Part shown: positions 21,638 through 33,484 of the stretch, piece after piece | Numbering within the stretch: position 1 is the first letter of the stretch | How the letters are laid out: each line of letters starts with the position of its first letter | Made by a program: the position numbers and the translations under genes | Assembly: GCF_000372725.1 (NCBI RefSeq) | Contig: NW_005201984.1 | Coordinates: 402,414 to 458,728, forward strand | Length of the DNA: 56,315 bases | Direction of reading: 5' to 3' | Source: Emiliania huxleyi CCMP1516 | Taxonomy: Eukaryota | Notes under the pieces: model-generated | Seen by the model: only the letters and a program-made list of their open reading frames with translations | Database searches by the model: none | What the model was told of the DNA's origin: nothing

Positions 21638-23392
21638 GAGGCGGCCACAGAGGCGGCGGCGGCTCCCCAGTGGCAGAGCCCGCCTCGCGCCGCGGGGAAG
21701 GGGGCCCGAAGCCCGGCCGGCGGCAGGTCGGCGCGGGCGGGACGCGGAGCGGGAGGCGCCGGTTCGAGCAGCCCCCCTCCTACGCCGGCGTCGATGGAGG
21801 TGGAGGAGGCGGAGCTACGGGAGGCGATCAGCGAGGCGGCCTCCGCGGCGGTGCGGGCTCCTTCGGCCTGGTCGCCGGGGGCGCGCCCTCGCTCCGCGGT
21901 CTCCGGCAGCGCCGCCGACGCCGCCGACGCCCCTCCGACTGCCTCTGTTCCGACGGCGGCGCCGCTGCGCGACGAGGACGGCTTCCCACTCGAGCCAGAG
22001 CAGGTGGCGCCGCTGCTGCGAGCGGCGCGGCGAGGCGCGTACGCGCGGCTCCTCGCGCCCGCCGCCGAGTCGGGCCTCCTCTCGCACTTGCACGCCGCGG
22101 CGCGCGACGACTTGCGCGAGATCCTGCTGCGCACCGCGGGCGGCCTCGAGAACTCGACGGCGCTGCTGCTCGGGCCTCGCGGCGCCGGCAAGCACCGCGT
22201 GCTGTGCGAGACGCTGGCGGAGCTGCGCGGCAAGAGCGGCGCCGCGGGCGCGGACTTCCTCGTCGTCGACGTGTCCGCGGTGCTGATGACGGACGAGGTG
22301 TCCACCCTGATGGGCATCGCCGCGCAGCTCAACCTGACGGCGCAGATCCACATGAGGAGGTTCGGCTCGTTCGCCGACGGGCTGAGGCACATGCTGCACT
22401 TGCTGCGGCGCTCGCGGCCCGGCTCGCAGGGCGAGGGGCAACGGGAGGGGCAGGCGCAGCCGGTGTGCTTTGTGCTGCACAACTTCGAGGACTTTGCGCT
22501 CCGCCCAAAGCAAACCCTCCTCTACTCGCTCTTTGACCTCTGCCAGACGGACGACGCGCAGATGGCCGTCATCGGGCTCACCTCGCGCGTCGACGCGCTC
22601 GACCTGCTCGAGAAGCGGGTCCGCTCGCGCTTCTCGGGCCGGCAGCTCGCCCTCTCCTACCTCCCGACCGTCGCCGACGCGACCTCCCTCCTCCGCCGCG
22701 CGCTGAGCGAGCCCGTCCCCGCCGAGGCGAAGAGCGTCGACGGCCGCCTCGTGCGCCCCTTCCACGGCGCGTGGGCGAGTGCGGTCGACGAGCTGTGCGC
22801 CGCCCTCGAGGCCTCGCCCACCCTCGAGCGGCTCCTCTGGCACGGCCTCACCCCGCGCACCCTCCTCGCCGGCCTCAAGCTCCACCTCGCCGCCCTCAGC
22901 CCCGCGGCGCCGCTGCCGACCGCCGACGGCGTCGAGGCGGCGCTCGCCCGAGAGCTCCCTCTCCCGGTGGCGGAGGCGCTGCTCCCCGAGCTCTCCGTCG
23001 TCGAGCTCCTCCTCCTCCTCTGCCTCCAGCGCCGTCTCGACACGGACGCGCCGCCGCCGCACACGCTGCGCGCCGTGCTCCGCGAGTACCACCAGTTCCT
23101 CGCCGACGCGCCAGAGGCGGCGGCGCAGTACGGGCTGCCGCTCCCTCCCCTGACCAAGGCCTTCGAGCACCTCCTCGCCCTCGGCCTCGTCGCGGCCGAC
23201 CGGCGCTCCCCCGCCGGCGCCGCGCCGTCGGCCGTCGCCGCGCGCGCGGCCGCGGCCGGGACGAGCGCGCTGTCGCTCGACAGCCCGGCGCTGGTGCTCC
23301 GGCTGTCGCCGCGCGCGCTCGAGTGCTACGTACGCGACGCGGCCGTCCTCCCGACGCACGTGCGCCGCTTCGGCGTCTCTTGGCTCAAGTGA
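20750..23392 (+). CDS. ORC4: Origin recognition complex subunit 4 with long low-complexity N-terminal extension
   Basis: ENSTALLLGPRGAGK, KQTLLYSLFD, IGLTSRVDALDLLEKRVRSRFS, LSVVELLLL, KAFEHL are ORC4 signatures. Confidence 0.88.
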
Positions 23393-23817
23393 GCGGGAGG
23401 GGCGTCGGCGGGGGAGGGGAGGGGGGCGGGGCCAGGTCGGCCAGGTCCACTCTATCTACCATGTCCACGATGGCTTTCGCGTTGCACTGATCGACATCGA
23501 TGTAGCAAAACGTGAGTGCAACGAGACAAGTATAGATGGTAATGTTCTGTCGTAATGAGTGCGCAGACACCGCTTTGACCTTATTTGTGGGATGCGCCGG
23601 ACTGTGTGGACTGTGTGTCAGCACATCTCCGAGCTCGAGCATGTGAGTCGTGGCCTTGGAGCGGCTGCGGGGAGCACTTGGAGCACTTGGAGTGCAGCCA
23701 GCAACCGCACATCCAGGGCCGGGGAGCTAAGAAGCGCACCAGCCGCCTCTTAAAAATAATTCTTTTCAGGCCTTTTGGCGTCAGGCTTTCACTCACGTGC
23801 CTGACGCCCGAGCCGAT

Positions 23818-25056
23818 ATGAAGGCCGCCTCCCTCCTCGCGTCTGCGCACGCGGCGGCCAACAAAGCCGCCAACAAGGCGCTCGAGCATGCCATGCCCAC
23901 TCCCAGCTTCTCCATCGCCGACTTGGTCGACGAGGTCAGATCCCTCCGCGAGCAGAAGGCCGCGCTCGAAGGCGAAAAGTCTCTGCTCGAGTCGCACGTC
24001 GGCTTGCTGTCGCAGCAGCTAATGCTTCCGCCGGGCGAGCGAACCGTGACCGAGGCGCCCGACACCGGTGCGTCAAAGCCGCCAAAGTCACCGGATGCCG
24101 AGAGCGCAGAGCCGTCGGACGAGAGCAGCGTCGAGCAGCTCTCGGCTGTGCGCGCCGCCCTCGACGCTGAGGCAGACGCGGGCATCGCGGCGACTCTCGC
24201 GCTGGGCTCAGAGATTCGCGCCGCCGAGGCGGACGCCGAGGCCTCGCGCCGCCGCGTCGCGAGCGCCGAGGAGGAGCTGCGGCGCAGCGTCGAAGAGCTT
24301 GAGGCGGAGCTCGAGCGGCTCGCGGCGCGTGAGCGGCGCGCCGTCGCTTCAGCGGTGAGCGCGGAACGCAGGCGCGCGGCGCAGGCGACGGCCAGTCTCG
24401 AGGAGGCGCTCGGCGCGGCGCAGGACGCGCTGGCTCGGCGCGAGGAGGCACTAGATCTCGACGGCGGAGGCGGGTATGGAGGCGGGTACGGCGGAGGCGG
24501 CGGCGTGGACCAGGAGCGTCAGCTACGCGCCGAGTGGATGGCAAAGTGCGAGCACCACCGCGCGCGCAGCACCGCGCTGCAGGAGGAGGTGGCGGCACTA
24601 CGGGCTGCGCACGATGACGAGCTGCGGCGAGAGCGATCGCGCGCCGAGGGCGCTGAAGGGAGGCTTGCGCAGGCGGAGGCGGCGGCGCGGGCGGCGGGAG
24701 CGACACGCGCGCAGGCGGAGCGGCAGGCTGCGCAGCTGTCGTTGGATTTCAACGCGCAAGTGCACGAGCTCGCCCTGCTGCGGCAGCGCGCCGAGAGGGC
24801 GGAGCAGCAACTGTCGCGCCACACGGTGGAGAAGTGCACCGCACGGCAGTGGATCGTCAACTTCGTTGAGAACGAGGCGGCGAGGCCGGAGCTGCTCCGG
24901 CTGATGGCGACGTGGTGGGAATTTAGCGAGGAGGACTTGGTCCGGGTCGGCTTGCGAGCCGAAGCGCTGCCGCCGTCGCCTTTCCGACGTCCCTCTGACG
25001 GCTCGCTGCTCGATGCATTCGAGAGCTTCCTGACTCGGGAGTCTGGCGTGGAATAG
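23818..25056 (+). CDS. Coiled-coil golgin with C-terminal GRAB-like domain (GMAP-210/Rud3/GC3-GC4 type)
   Basis: Long E/A/R heptad region; C-terminal VEK...WIVNFV...ELLRLMATWWEFSEED...GL and SLLDAFESFLTRES. Confidence 0.65.
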   Translation: MKAASLLASAHAAANKAANKALEHAMPTPSFSIADLVDEVRSLREQKAALEGEKSLLESHVGLLSQQLMLPPGERTVTEAPDTGASKPPKSPDAESAEPSDESSVEQLSAVRAALDAEADAGIAATLALGSEIRAAEADAEASRRRVASAEEELRRSVEELEAELERLAARERRAVASAVSAERRRAAQATASLEEALGAAQDALARREEALDLDGGGGYGGGYGGGGGVDQERQLRAEWMAKCEHHRARSTALQEEVAALRAAHDDELRRERSRAEGAEGRLAQAEAAARAAGATRAQAERQAAQLSLDFNAQVHELALLRQRAERAEQQLSRHTVEKCTARQWIVNFVENEAARPELLRLMATWWEFSEEDLVRVGLRAEALPPSPFRRPSDGSLLDAFESFLTRESGVE

Positions 25057-25339
25057 AACTAGACGTTACCTCCCGCCACACCTCTTAAAAGATCGCCTGA
25101 ACTACTGAGCGCTGAGCCGTATATTAAGAGAGAGTCTCGTTTCGCTCGCAGAGGTAACACAGAGCGCGCGAGAGGTGAGGCGGTAAAGTCTGAGAAGACG
25201 GGGGCCCACCGCCCCCACGGCGGCCGTCGGGGCACGGCGCACGGGCAGCGGCACGGCCGCGCCACGCGCTCGACCTCGAGCCGATTTGTTTCGCCGTCAC
25301 CAGCCGGCGACGTCGCTCACCTTTCTGCTTTCAGGCCCC

Positions 25340-27707
25340 TCACCACATGCCCTTGCCGGAGTTCTTATCCATGAAGGCCTTCACCTCGGAGCGAGTGGCC
25401 CATGGGGGTACCAGCCCCTTGCCAGCCAACAGCGCGTGCGGGATGTCAATGGCCTGCTGGCGATCGCGGATGCCGCGCAGGATGCACTTGAAGGTCTCCT
25501 CGATGCTGAGAGCAAAGCATGCCCACAGAATGATGCCGAAGAAGATCGTGCCTGGGAGAGCGATCATGTCGCAGATGACGTTGAAGCCTGGCACAAAGAT
25601 GAGGAAAACGGTGATGCTCATGCACGGGACCCACAGCATGTAGAAGACGCCGTTGCGCTGTCCGGGGCCGTCGGGACCATCGCGCGGCTCAACCCAGAAT
25701 GGCGCCTCACCGCGAACGCCCAGAAGCCGGAAGAGCTCGACAAAGACAAAGAGCATGAAGCCCGCCGCGTTGGAGCGCTTCACGCCGAATCCCTCGCAAG
25801 AGAAGTATGGGGACATCGTCGGCTTGTCCTCGCCCGTCCAGCAATACTCGAGCTGCCCCTCGTCCTGCTCTGTGCACGGCTTCAGCACCTCCACGCCGCC
25901 GTACGTGAAGGTCACACCGCTTGCAGGGTCGCCCTCGTAAGACCAGCTCTTGCCCTCGAAGTTGTCCTCCTTGGGGTAGAGGTTGCCCGTCGTGCCGCGG
26001 TACTCAAAGTCGTAGTGGCCGACGTCCGCCAAGTCGTAGGCGGCGTTGTCCTCGGGCACGTACCCAAACTCCGAGATGTCGGCTGCCGACCCCCACTGTT
26101 CGACGCCCGGGATGGAGAAGCCAAAGCCATCCTCGCCGAAGGCGAAGGCCTTCGGGCACTTGCAGTAGAAAGCCCGCTCCTCCGGCAGGCCATCCTCTCC
26201 GCGCGCGCGCAAGCAGGGGATGTCGCCACCCGCAAAGACGGTCTTAAACGAGTCCGATTCCTCGAGGTGCGTCCCGCTGGACAGGGTTCCCTACAGGCAG
26301 GGACGACGTCAGCTGGGCTGGGGCTGGGCACAGCCCCTCGCTCTGCGTCGCGCACCATGTGGCTGTGATAGACGAACCAGAAGGCTCCCGGCACGAGCAG
26401 CTGGTAGTAGGCCAGGAAGGGAAGGAAGCGCAAGTAGAAGGCCAAGTCTGAGATGACGAAGCCTACCGCCTTCTTGCGCGGCGGAATCTTCATCTGATAA
26501 GACTCGCCCTCTTCCCACGCGATCGATAGGGACGGGATGTCGTGCGTGAAGTTCTTGGCAAAGAGCGCTGGCAGGTTGTTGATGGGCTTTGGCAGCCCGC
26601 AGAAGGTGCACGTGGAAAACATGAATCCCTCTGCCGCCTTCACGCCGAGGTAGAAGAGCAGGTACTTTTGCAAGTTACCAAAGATCTTACGGCCCTCCTG
26701 CACGGCGGCGACGATGGTCGTGAAGTTGTCATCCATCAGGACGACATCGGCGGCGCCCTTGGCGACGCTCGTGCCCGCGATGCCCATAGCAGTACCGATG
26801 TCGGCGATCTTGAGCGCGGCGGCGTCGTTCACGCCGTCCCCAGTCATGGCCGCGACGTGGCCCTGGCGCTGCAGCGTCTCGACAATAGCCACCTTGTCGG
26901 TCGGCTGGGCACGCGCCCACGTGACAGTCTGGCCCACCATCTCGCTCATGCGTGCCAGCTCGGCGAGCTCGATGCTAGTGATCGGCTTGCCCTTTTCGGG
27001 CGTGCCGAGGACGGGCGATTCGGTGGGCTGCTTCGGGTCGCGGTGCAGGTCCGCGCACTCCCTGGTCTTGGCGAGGGCCTGCGAGTCGGATGCGTCGCCG
27101 CTGATGATCGAGATGTTGCGCGAGATGGCCATCGCAGTCGCCTTCTGGTCGCCGGTAATCATCACCACCGACACGCCCGCCTTCTGCACGAGCTCGACGG
27201 ACTCCTTGACGCCGTCGCGCGGCGGGTCCTTGAGGCCCATCATTGCGGTGAAGGTGAGCGGGTAGGTCGTGTTGCCCTCGAGCAGGTAGGTGAGCCGCTC
27301 GTCGCCGTCCTCCATCTTGCCGAGCGCCTCCGCCTCGGCGGCGGTCAGCGGGCGCATCGCGACGAGGATGACGCGAAGCGCCTTGTCGGCAAAGTCCTTG
27401 TTGGCCTGCTTGAAAAGGGACTGGGCGTCGGGCGTCTCGTTCTTCGCGCCGCTCGTAATTTTGAGCGTGCGTGCGTCGCCCATCTCATTCTTCTCCGGGC
27501 AAGTCGGCACTGCGTGCACGTACGGCATCAGCCGGTCCGGTGCGCCCTTGAGGATGGCCATGTGCGTGGCACCAGGGACGATCACCATCCCGCTGGCATA
27601 GAAGCCCTCGCCCTTGCCACTGGGACAGTGCGGTAGAGCAGGGAGTGAGAGGCTAACTCGCATGTGGGAGTGCTCTCCAACCTCTCCTTATGTTGCGTGC
27701 CGCCGGT

Positions 27708-27741
<34 letters not shown>

Positions 27742-29628
27742 TCACCTGAGCTCGTGGACAGTGCCCATCATCTTGCGAGAGCTGGTAAAAGGGACGCCGA
27801 GGTGGTGGACAGAGGGGTACTTGTCGCGCATGGCCGGGAACTTGGCCTCGGGCAGCCCCTTCTTGTTCGGATCGTAGATCTGCCCCTTGGCTGCCGCGAC
27901 AACGAGCGCCTTCTCGGTCATATTTCCAACCCCCTTCCACTTTTGGGGCACGTCCTTGCCCACGTCACCCTCGTCGTCCAGCTCGAAAGCGGCGCCGTCG
28001 CAGTTGAGGTAAGCGGAGAGGAGCGCGCAGTGCACGTCGGCTGCCTTCTCGCAGCCGTTGCCTCCGCCAGCAGGCCCGGTGCTCATGCGAGACGCAGCCG
28101 CCGACACGCGCAGGCTGGCCGCCGTCTTGCGCGATGCCGCCCCGCCGACGGTCGATGCTCCTTCCGCCAGCACAAAGACACCTCCGCGCGGGTCGAAGCC
28201 GCGGGTCGGCCTGAAGTCCCAGCAGTTGACTTGGCACTTGCCCTTGACGTTGATGACGGTGGCCATCTCGGTTGCCGTCATCTCGCCCTCCGTGAGGGTG
28301 CCAGTCTTGTCGGAGCAGATGACGGTGCAGGAGCCGAGGGTCTCGACGGCGGTGACCTTCGTCACGCGAGCGTTGATCTTTGCCAGGATCAGGGCGCCGC
28401 GGGTGAGCGACGTGGTCACCATGAGAAGCAGCGTCGTCGGTAGCATGATGGTCCCGATGGAGAGCGCCGAGAACAGCGCGTCGATCATCTCGTCCATCGG
28501 GCAGGTGGAGAGGCCGCCCGGGTACTTGTCCTTGGTGCAGTAGTTGACGGTCACCTCGTACCAGGTCATCATGATGATGAGGATGACCGAGATACAAATG
28601 ATGACGCCGCCGATCGTGTCCATGAGCTTCTGCAGCTGCGACCTACCAGAATCTTGGCCCTTGAGCCGCGCCGCGATCTTGCCGATCTCGGTCTCGAGGC
28701 CCGTGCGGATGACGACGGCCTCTCCTTTGCCGCCGACGACAGCGGTGGAGGAGTAGACGAGGTTGTCGTGGAAGGAGGCGGTCGGGTCGTCCGCTGCTTC
28801 GAGCTTCTTCGTCTTCTCGTGCGGCTCGCCCGTCAGGGTCTTCTCGACGGTCTGCAAGTCCTCCGACATGACCACCCGCGCGTCAGCCGGGACGGTATCG
28901 CCCGAACGCATAATAATGACGTCGCCAGGGACGATGTCGGGCACCTCGATCTGACACTCCTTGCCGTCGCGGCGCACCGTCGTCATCTGAGCTCCCTCCT
29001 TGAGCAGCTCGGCGAGCGCATTGGCGGTATTGTACTGCCCACGCGCATTGAGGATGGTGACGACGAGGATCACGGTCGTCACAACGGTGATCTTAACACA
29101 GTTCTTGATCTTCGGGTGGCCATGGGATGCAATATCGCGCTGAATGTTTAGCACGGTGAGGATGAACAGGGTAAAGAGGATCAGAATCAGCGGTTGGTAG
29201 AGCTGGCGGCAGTAGATGACCCAAAAGGGCGTCGGCTTGTCGGTGCCCAGCTCGTTGGCTCCAAATTTTTTGAGGTTGCGCGTCACTTGGCTGGACGTGA
29301 GGCCGGTCTTTGTCGACTCGCAGCCAAACTCGTCGCACACCTCCTCCAGCGGCTTGAGATGGTAGCCCTCCTTGTTGAACTGCATCGACACCTCCCGCGC
29401 GATAGCCTTGACCTGCTTGCGGTTGCTCTTCCGCACCTCCTCCACCTGCTCGGCGTAGGTCATGTGCGGCGCCATGGCCTGCCTGATGGCATCGCGCATG
29501 GGCTCCTCGAGCAGGTGGTGCTTTGCTCCCTGCATGATTCCGCTCGCTGACTCAGTGCCGCTGTCCCAGGCCTTTGAAAGCGTGTGCAACACCGCATCCT
29601 TACGCGGCGCATGGGCTGGAGTCTCCAT
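25340..29628 (-). CDS. Type II-like P-type ATPase (cation transporter), 3 exons
   Basis: IVPGD, VPADAR, LTGEP, ICSDKTGTLT, KGAPD, DPPR, MITGD, MTGDGVNDAAALK; introns 27620-27745 and about 26291-26356. Confidence 0.93.
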
Positions 29629-30566
29629 CTTGCGCTCGGGTCACTGACGCGGGAGGGAGAAGTGGGCGAGTGAGAAGCGGCAATGCGGATATGGGCAGGG
29701 TTAGCGAAAAGGGCCAGCGGGGTCACCAGCCCCAGCGCGTTGGAGCCCCCGCCGACGTGCGTCCTCCAATGCCGATGACAAGATCCGTCGGCCCGGGGGA
29801 ACGGTCCCCCATTTGTACTGCGCTGGATTTTTAATGTAGTACCAGTGCTTACTGGAGAAAAGCAAAAACAGGACCTAGGCCTGGAGTGCCTTACGCTCTC
29901 TCAATGTACACGTTCTGGGTGTGATTTGTTTGGGTGGAATCAACAGATTGCGCTTAGTTAGGCACTCACTCGCGAACTGATGATTGTTGCTCACGGGAGA
30001 CTCAGACTCAAGTCCTCCTCCGATGGGGGGCACACGACTCGCGAGATACATAGGGTGGCGCTGGGGGGCGGGCTCTCTGCTCCCCGAAGACTCCACCTCC
30101 AGCCGGCGGCCCGCGGCTGCCGTTGATCACGCTTTTTCCACGGGCCGTGTGGAGCGAAATCATTTCTGTTGCATGTTCGTCTTCGGAAGTGTGTGTGAGC
30201 TCAGCTGTGACCTGTGATTTGTGAAGGATCGGCTCGCAGCTCGCGGCCAGATTTTGTACCTAGGTACTCTATCCCTCTGAGCTCTGTGTGTCGGAAGCGC
30301 GTGGCCGTGGGACGGTGTGTGGGAGACGGAGACGGGAGAGCGGGCGGAGAGGCTGGGAGGGTCAGGGACCGGCGCTCGATCTGTGTGTGTGTGTGTGACT
30401 GTGTATGTGTTGCGCGTGTGGGTGTGCCGTGTGCGCCTTGTCGTAAGATGAGAGAAGTGTGTGTGAAGAGAGAGCGAGAGACACAGATTTTGTGTATACT
30501 CCTCCTGCCACACACACATACAGGTGTGCACAGACACACACACACCACACAGCAGCCTCCACCTAC

Positions 30567-31492
30567 CTACGGCCGCCGACATGCACCTCGCGTCACGCAC
30601 CCTCCTGATTCGCAGTGCAGCGTCAGCCCTCGTCCGACGAGCCTACGGGGCGTCGAGCTGAAGATCCCACGGCAACGAGGCGGGGCTGCGGGCCGCTCTT
30701 CTGGCGGGCCCAGCAAGCGCGCGGCGAACGACGAAGCGATTCTCTGGCCGTAGGGTATATACGAGAGGACGTACCACGCCTGAGGCGGGCAATAGGGCGA
30801 GATGACGGCGATGGACCCGCCATGCCGACCCTCTGTCCCGCTCGCCATTGCGGCAAACTGCACGATGACGCTCACGAGCACAAGCAGCGCGTTCTGCAAA
30901 CCGACCGCACCTACAGAGACGCCTTCCCTCGGAACGGGCGGGCTGGTGAGCGGCGGCGCCGTGGCCCTTCCGCACTGACGAGCGTCGCCACCATCGCACC
31001 GATGTAGACCAGCGCCGAGGCGGCCCGGGTCGGGTGGCTCATGTTCTTGATCTGCCGCTTTGGGCCGAGAATGAAGCCTGTCGACAGGAGAGAGAGCACG
31101 TTGCCGAGCGTGTACCTGACGAGGAGGGCGCGGGGCCTGTCAACTAGCGCGCCGGACTGCGCCCAGACGCCGCAAGCGCACTTCACGGCAAACGGGCCTG
31201 GCCTGCCACCGATCAGCTGCGCGACGGAAAAGACCGATGTGATCGAGATTGCGACGCTGATGCAGAAGCAGATGGCAAATGCGTATAGTCGCTGCTGGAA
31301 AGTCATGCTCGGACAGACCTGGTCGACCAGCTCCTCGCGCGCTGTTGGAGGCCCCACGCCGGCGGCCTGCCGCGCACGGTCCCACAGCGACGGCGAGGGT
31401 GGCACGCCATCAAAGGTGCGCGGCGCCTCAGCGTCGTGAGCGACGTAGTTCTGTGACCGAAGCTGATCGACGAGCTTGCCAAAGGCAGACAT
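30567..31492 (-). CDS. SFT2: SFT2/Got1-family vesicle transport protein, multi-exon (3' end uncertain)
   Basis: MTFQQRLYAFAICF, FAVKYTLGN, TGFILGPKRQIKNM, AWYVLSYIPYG. Confidence 0.88.
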
Positions 31493-32203
31493 TCCCTGAC
31501 CGTCCGGTCGTCAGTCAGTAGGTCTTTTCACGGGCAGGGAGGCGCTCTCGCTCTCGCCGTATTACGCCGAGGGCGGCGAAAGTAGAAAAACGGCGGCGCC
31601 AAACAAGAATTTCCGATGGTAGCTCTTACGAACATACCCGTAGGTGAACTGCTGACAGGGTTTGCGATGAGGAGCGATCCGAACGTGGTATTCGGGTGAT
31701 TAGATCACTACCGCCGAAGCGCAAGCGCTTGGAGCAAGGGAACTGCCACGTATGGGTCCCAGACTAGCACCCCACCTCGCGGGCCGACGTTCTGGCCCAG
31801 CAAGGCTGCTGCGGAGCACTCGGGGCCGATGTTCTGGCCCAGCGAGGCCGCTGCGGGGCACCCGGCGGCTCGGTTCGCTCATCAGCGCAAACTCGGTCGA
31901 GCAGAAAGTAAGGTGTGTGTGTAAAGGCGGCGCGGCACGGTAAGGGTCGGCGGTAAGGCGGCGCGGCGGCAGCAGACGGCAGGCAGGACATCGGACGGCG
32001 GGACATACGGCGCGGCGGGCGCGGCACTGTGGGAGCGGCGGTACGGCGGCACGGCGGTAACGGACGGCAGGGGGTACGGCGGAGCAGTAATAATATCGTT
32101 GGCCGAGAATTTCGCCTGGACAGGGTGGAAAGTGTCCGCTACAACACGGGAGGGAGGAAGGTAAAAGAAAAAGCAGCGCCCGATGACGCGCGTGACGTAC
32201 TCG

Positions 32204-33484
32204 ATGAAGGTCGCTTTGCTGCTAGCGACGCTGCCGCGCGCGACGGCCGCGCCGGTGGGGCGCGGCGGCGCCTCGGCAAACGAGTGCAACCCGTCTCGCG
32301 GGTGCACCGTCTGCGACTCCTGCTGCTCCGAGTACATCACTCTTCCGGTGCTGTGCGACAAATGCGTGGCGGATCACTGCCACCGTGGCTCTCTGCGTGA
32401 CAGCGAATACGAGGAGAGGGAATACGCTTCCAGCCTGGGCTTCTGCTCTGACCAAAACCCGGCCTGCTCCGGCTGGGCCAAGCAGGGAGAGTGCCAAGGC
32501 CCTAATGCGGCGTGGCTAGCGGTGAGCTCTTGCCGCTTTAGAGCAGGACACTGCAGTTTGCTCGAGGCAGTTCGTTCTCGTAAGAAGGAATTAACTTTCC
32601 TAGGTGCACTGCCCGCTGTCGTGCGGAAGCTGTAGCCACCGCTGCGCTGACATGCACGATGACTGCGCGCAATGGGCGCGGCGCGGCGAGTGTCAGACGA
32701 ATGCAGAGACCATGGTCCGCAACTGCCCAACCTCTTGTGGCATCTGCACCCCCACCTGCAAGGACATGATGCAGAGTTGCGTCCGCTGGGCGGCGGAGGG
32801 CGCGTGCAGTGACAACTCCAGTTACATGCTTAAACTATGCCCTGTCGCCTGCGGCGTGTGCGACCTCGAGTGCAAGGCGCGCCGCCTGACGCCGCACACC
32901 TGCCGCCGCCAGCCCGACTAAAGAATTGAGGTGTGGGCGCAGGATCAGCGAACTGACTGCCCTGGGTGGGCTGCTGCCGGCGAATGCGAGAGGAATCCCG
33001 GAGCCGTCCTCCCGTCCTGCCCAGACTCATGCGACGTGTGCGGCGCTCGCCACTGCGCCGACACCAACGCGACTCTCTGCTCAGAACTCGGGGCACAGGC
33101 GCTCCTCAACAGTAATTCAGAGGGAGCCGCGCAGCCCGTGCCTCTTCAGCCACCGCGGCCTCAACATAGGCCTGCATGGCCGATCCAAAGACTGTGCTGC
33201 CGCTGTGCCCTCGCACGTGTGGCATCTGCTCGGCGGTTTGCTACGACCGGGACGAGGCGTGTCAAGAGTGGGCAGCGGCCGGACGTTGCTCGGAGAAGGG
33301 AATGCTCAAGCAGTGTCCGCAGGCAAGCCATCCCGGGGGATCCTCCCCGCCTCACTCACTGGACATTGCGTCCCACTCACTGGTTACTGCGCACGTCGGT
33401 TTACAGAGCTGCTCGATTTGCAACGAGCTCGAGAGCTTCAAGAAGGGGATACCTCGCGGCGATATACAGTACGATGAGCTCTGA
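32204..33484 (+). CDS. Secretory-pathway protein with about six tandem ShKT domains and C-terminal YDEL
   Basis: Signal MKVALLLATL; repeated CxDxxxxCxxWAxxGECxxN...CPxSCGxC across exons; ends QYDEL*. Confidence 0.85.
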
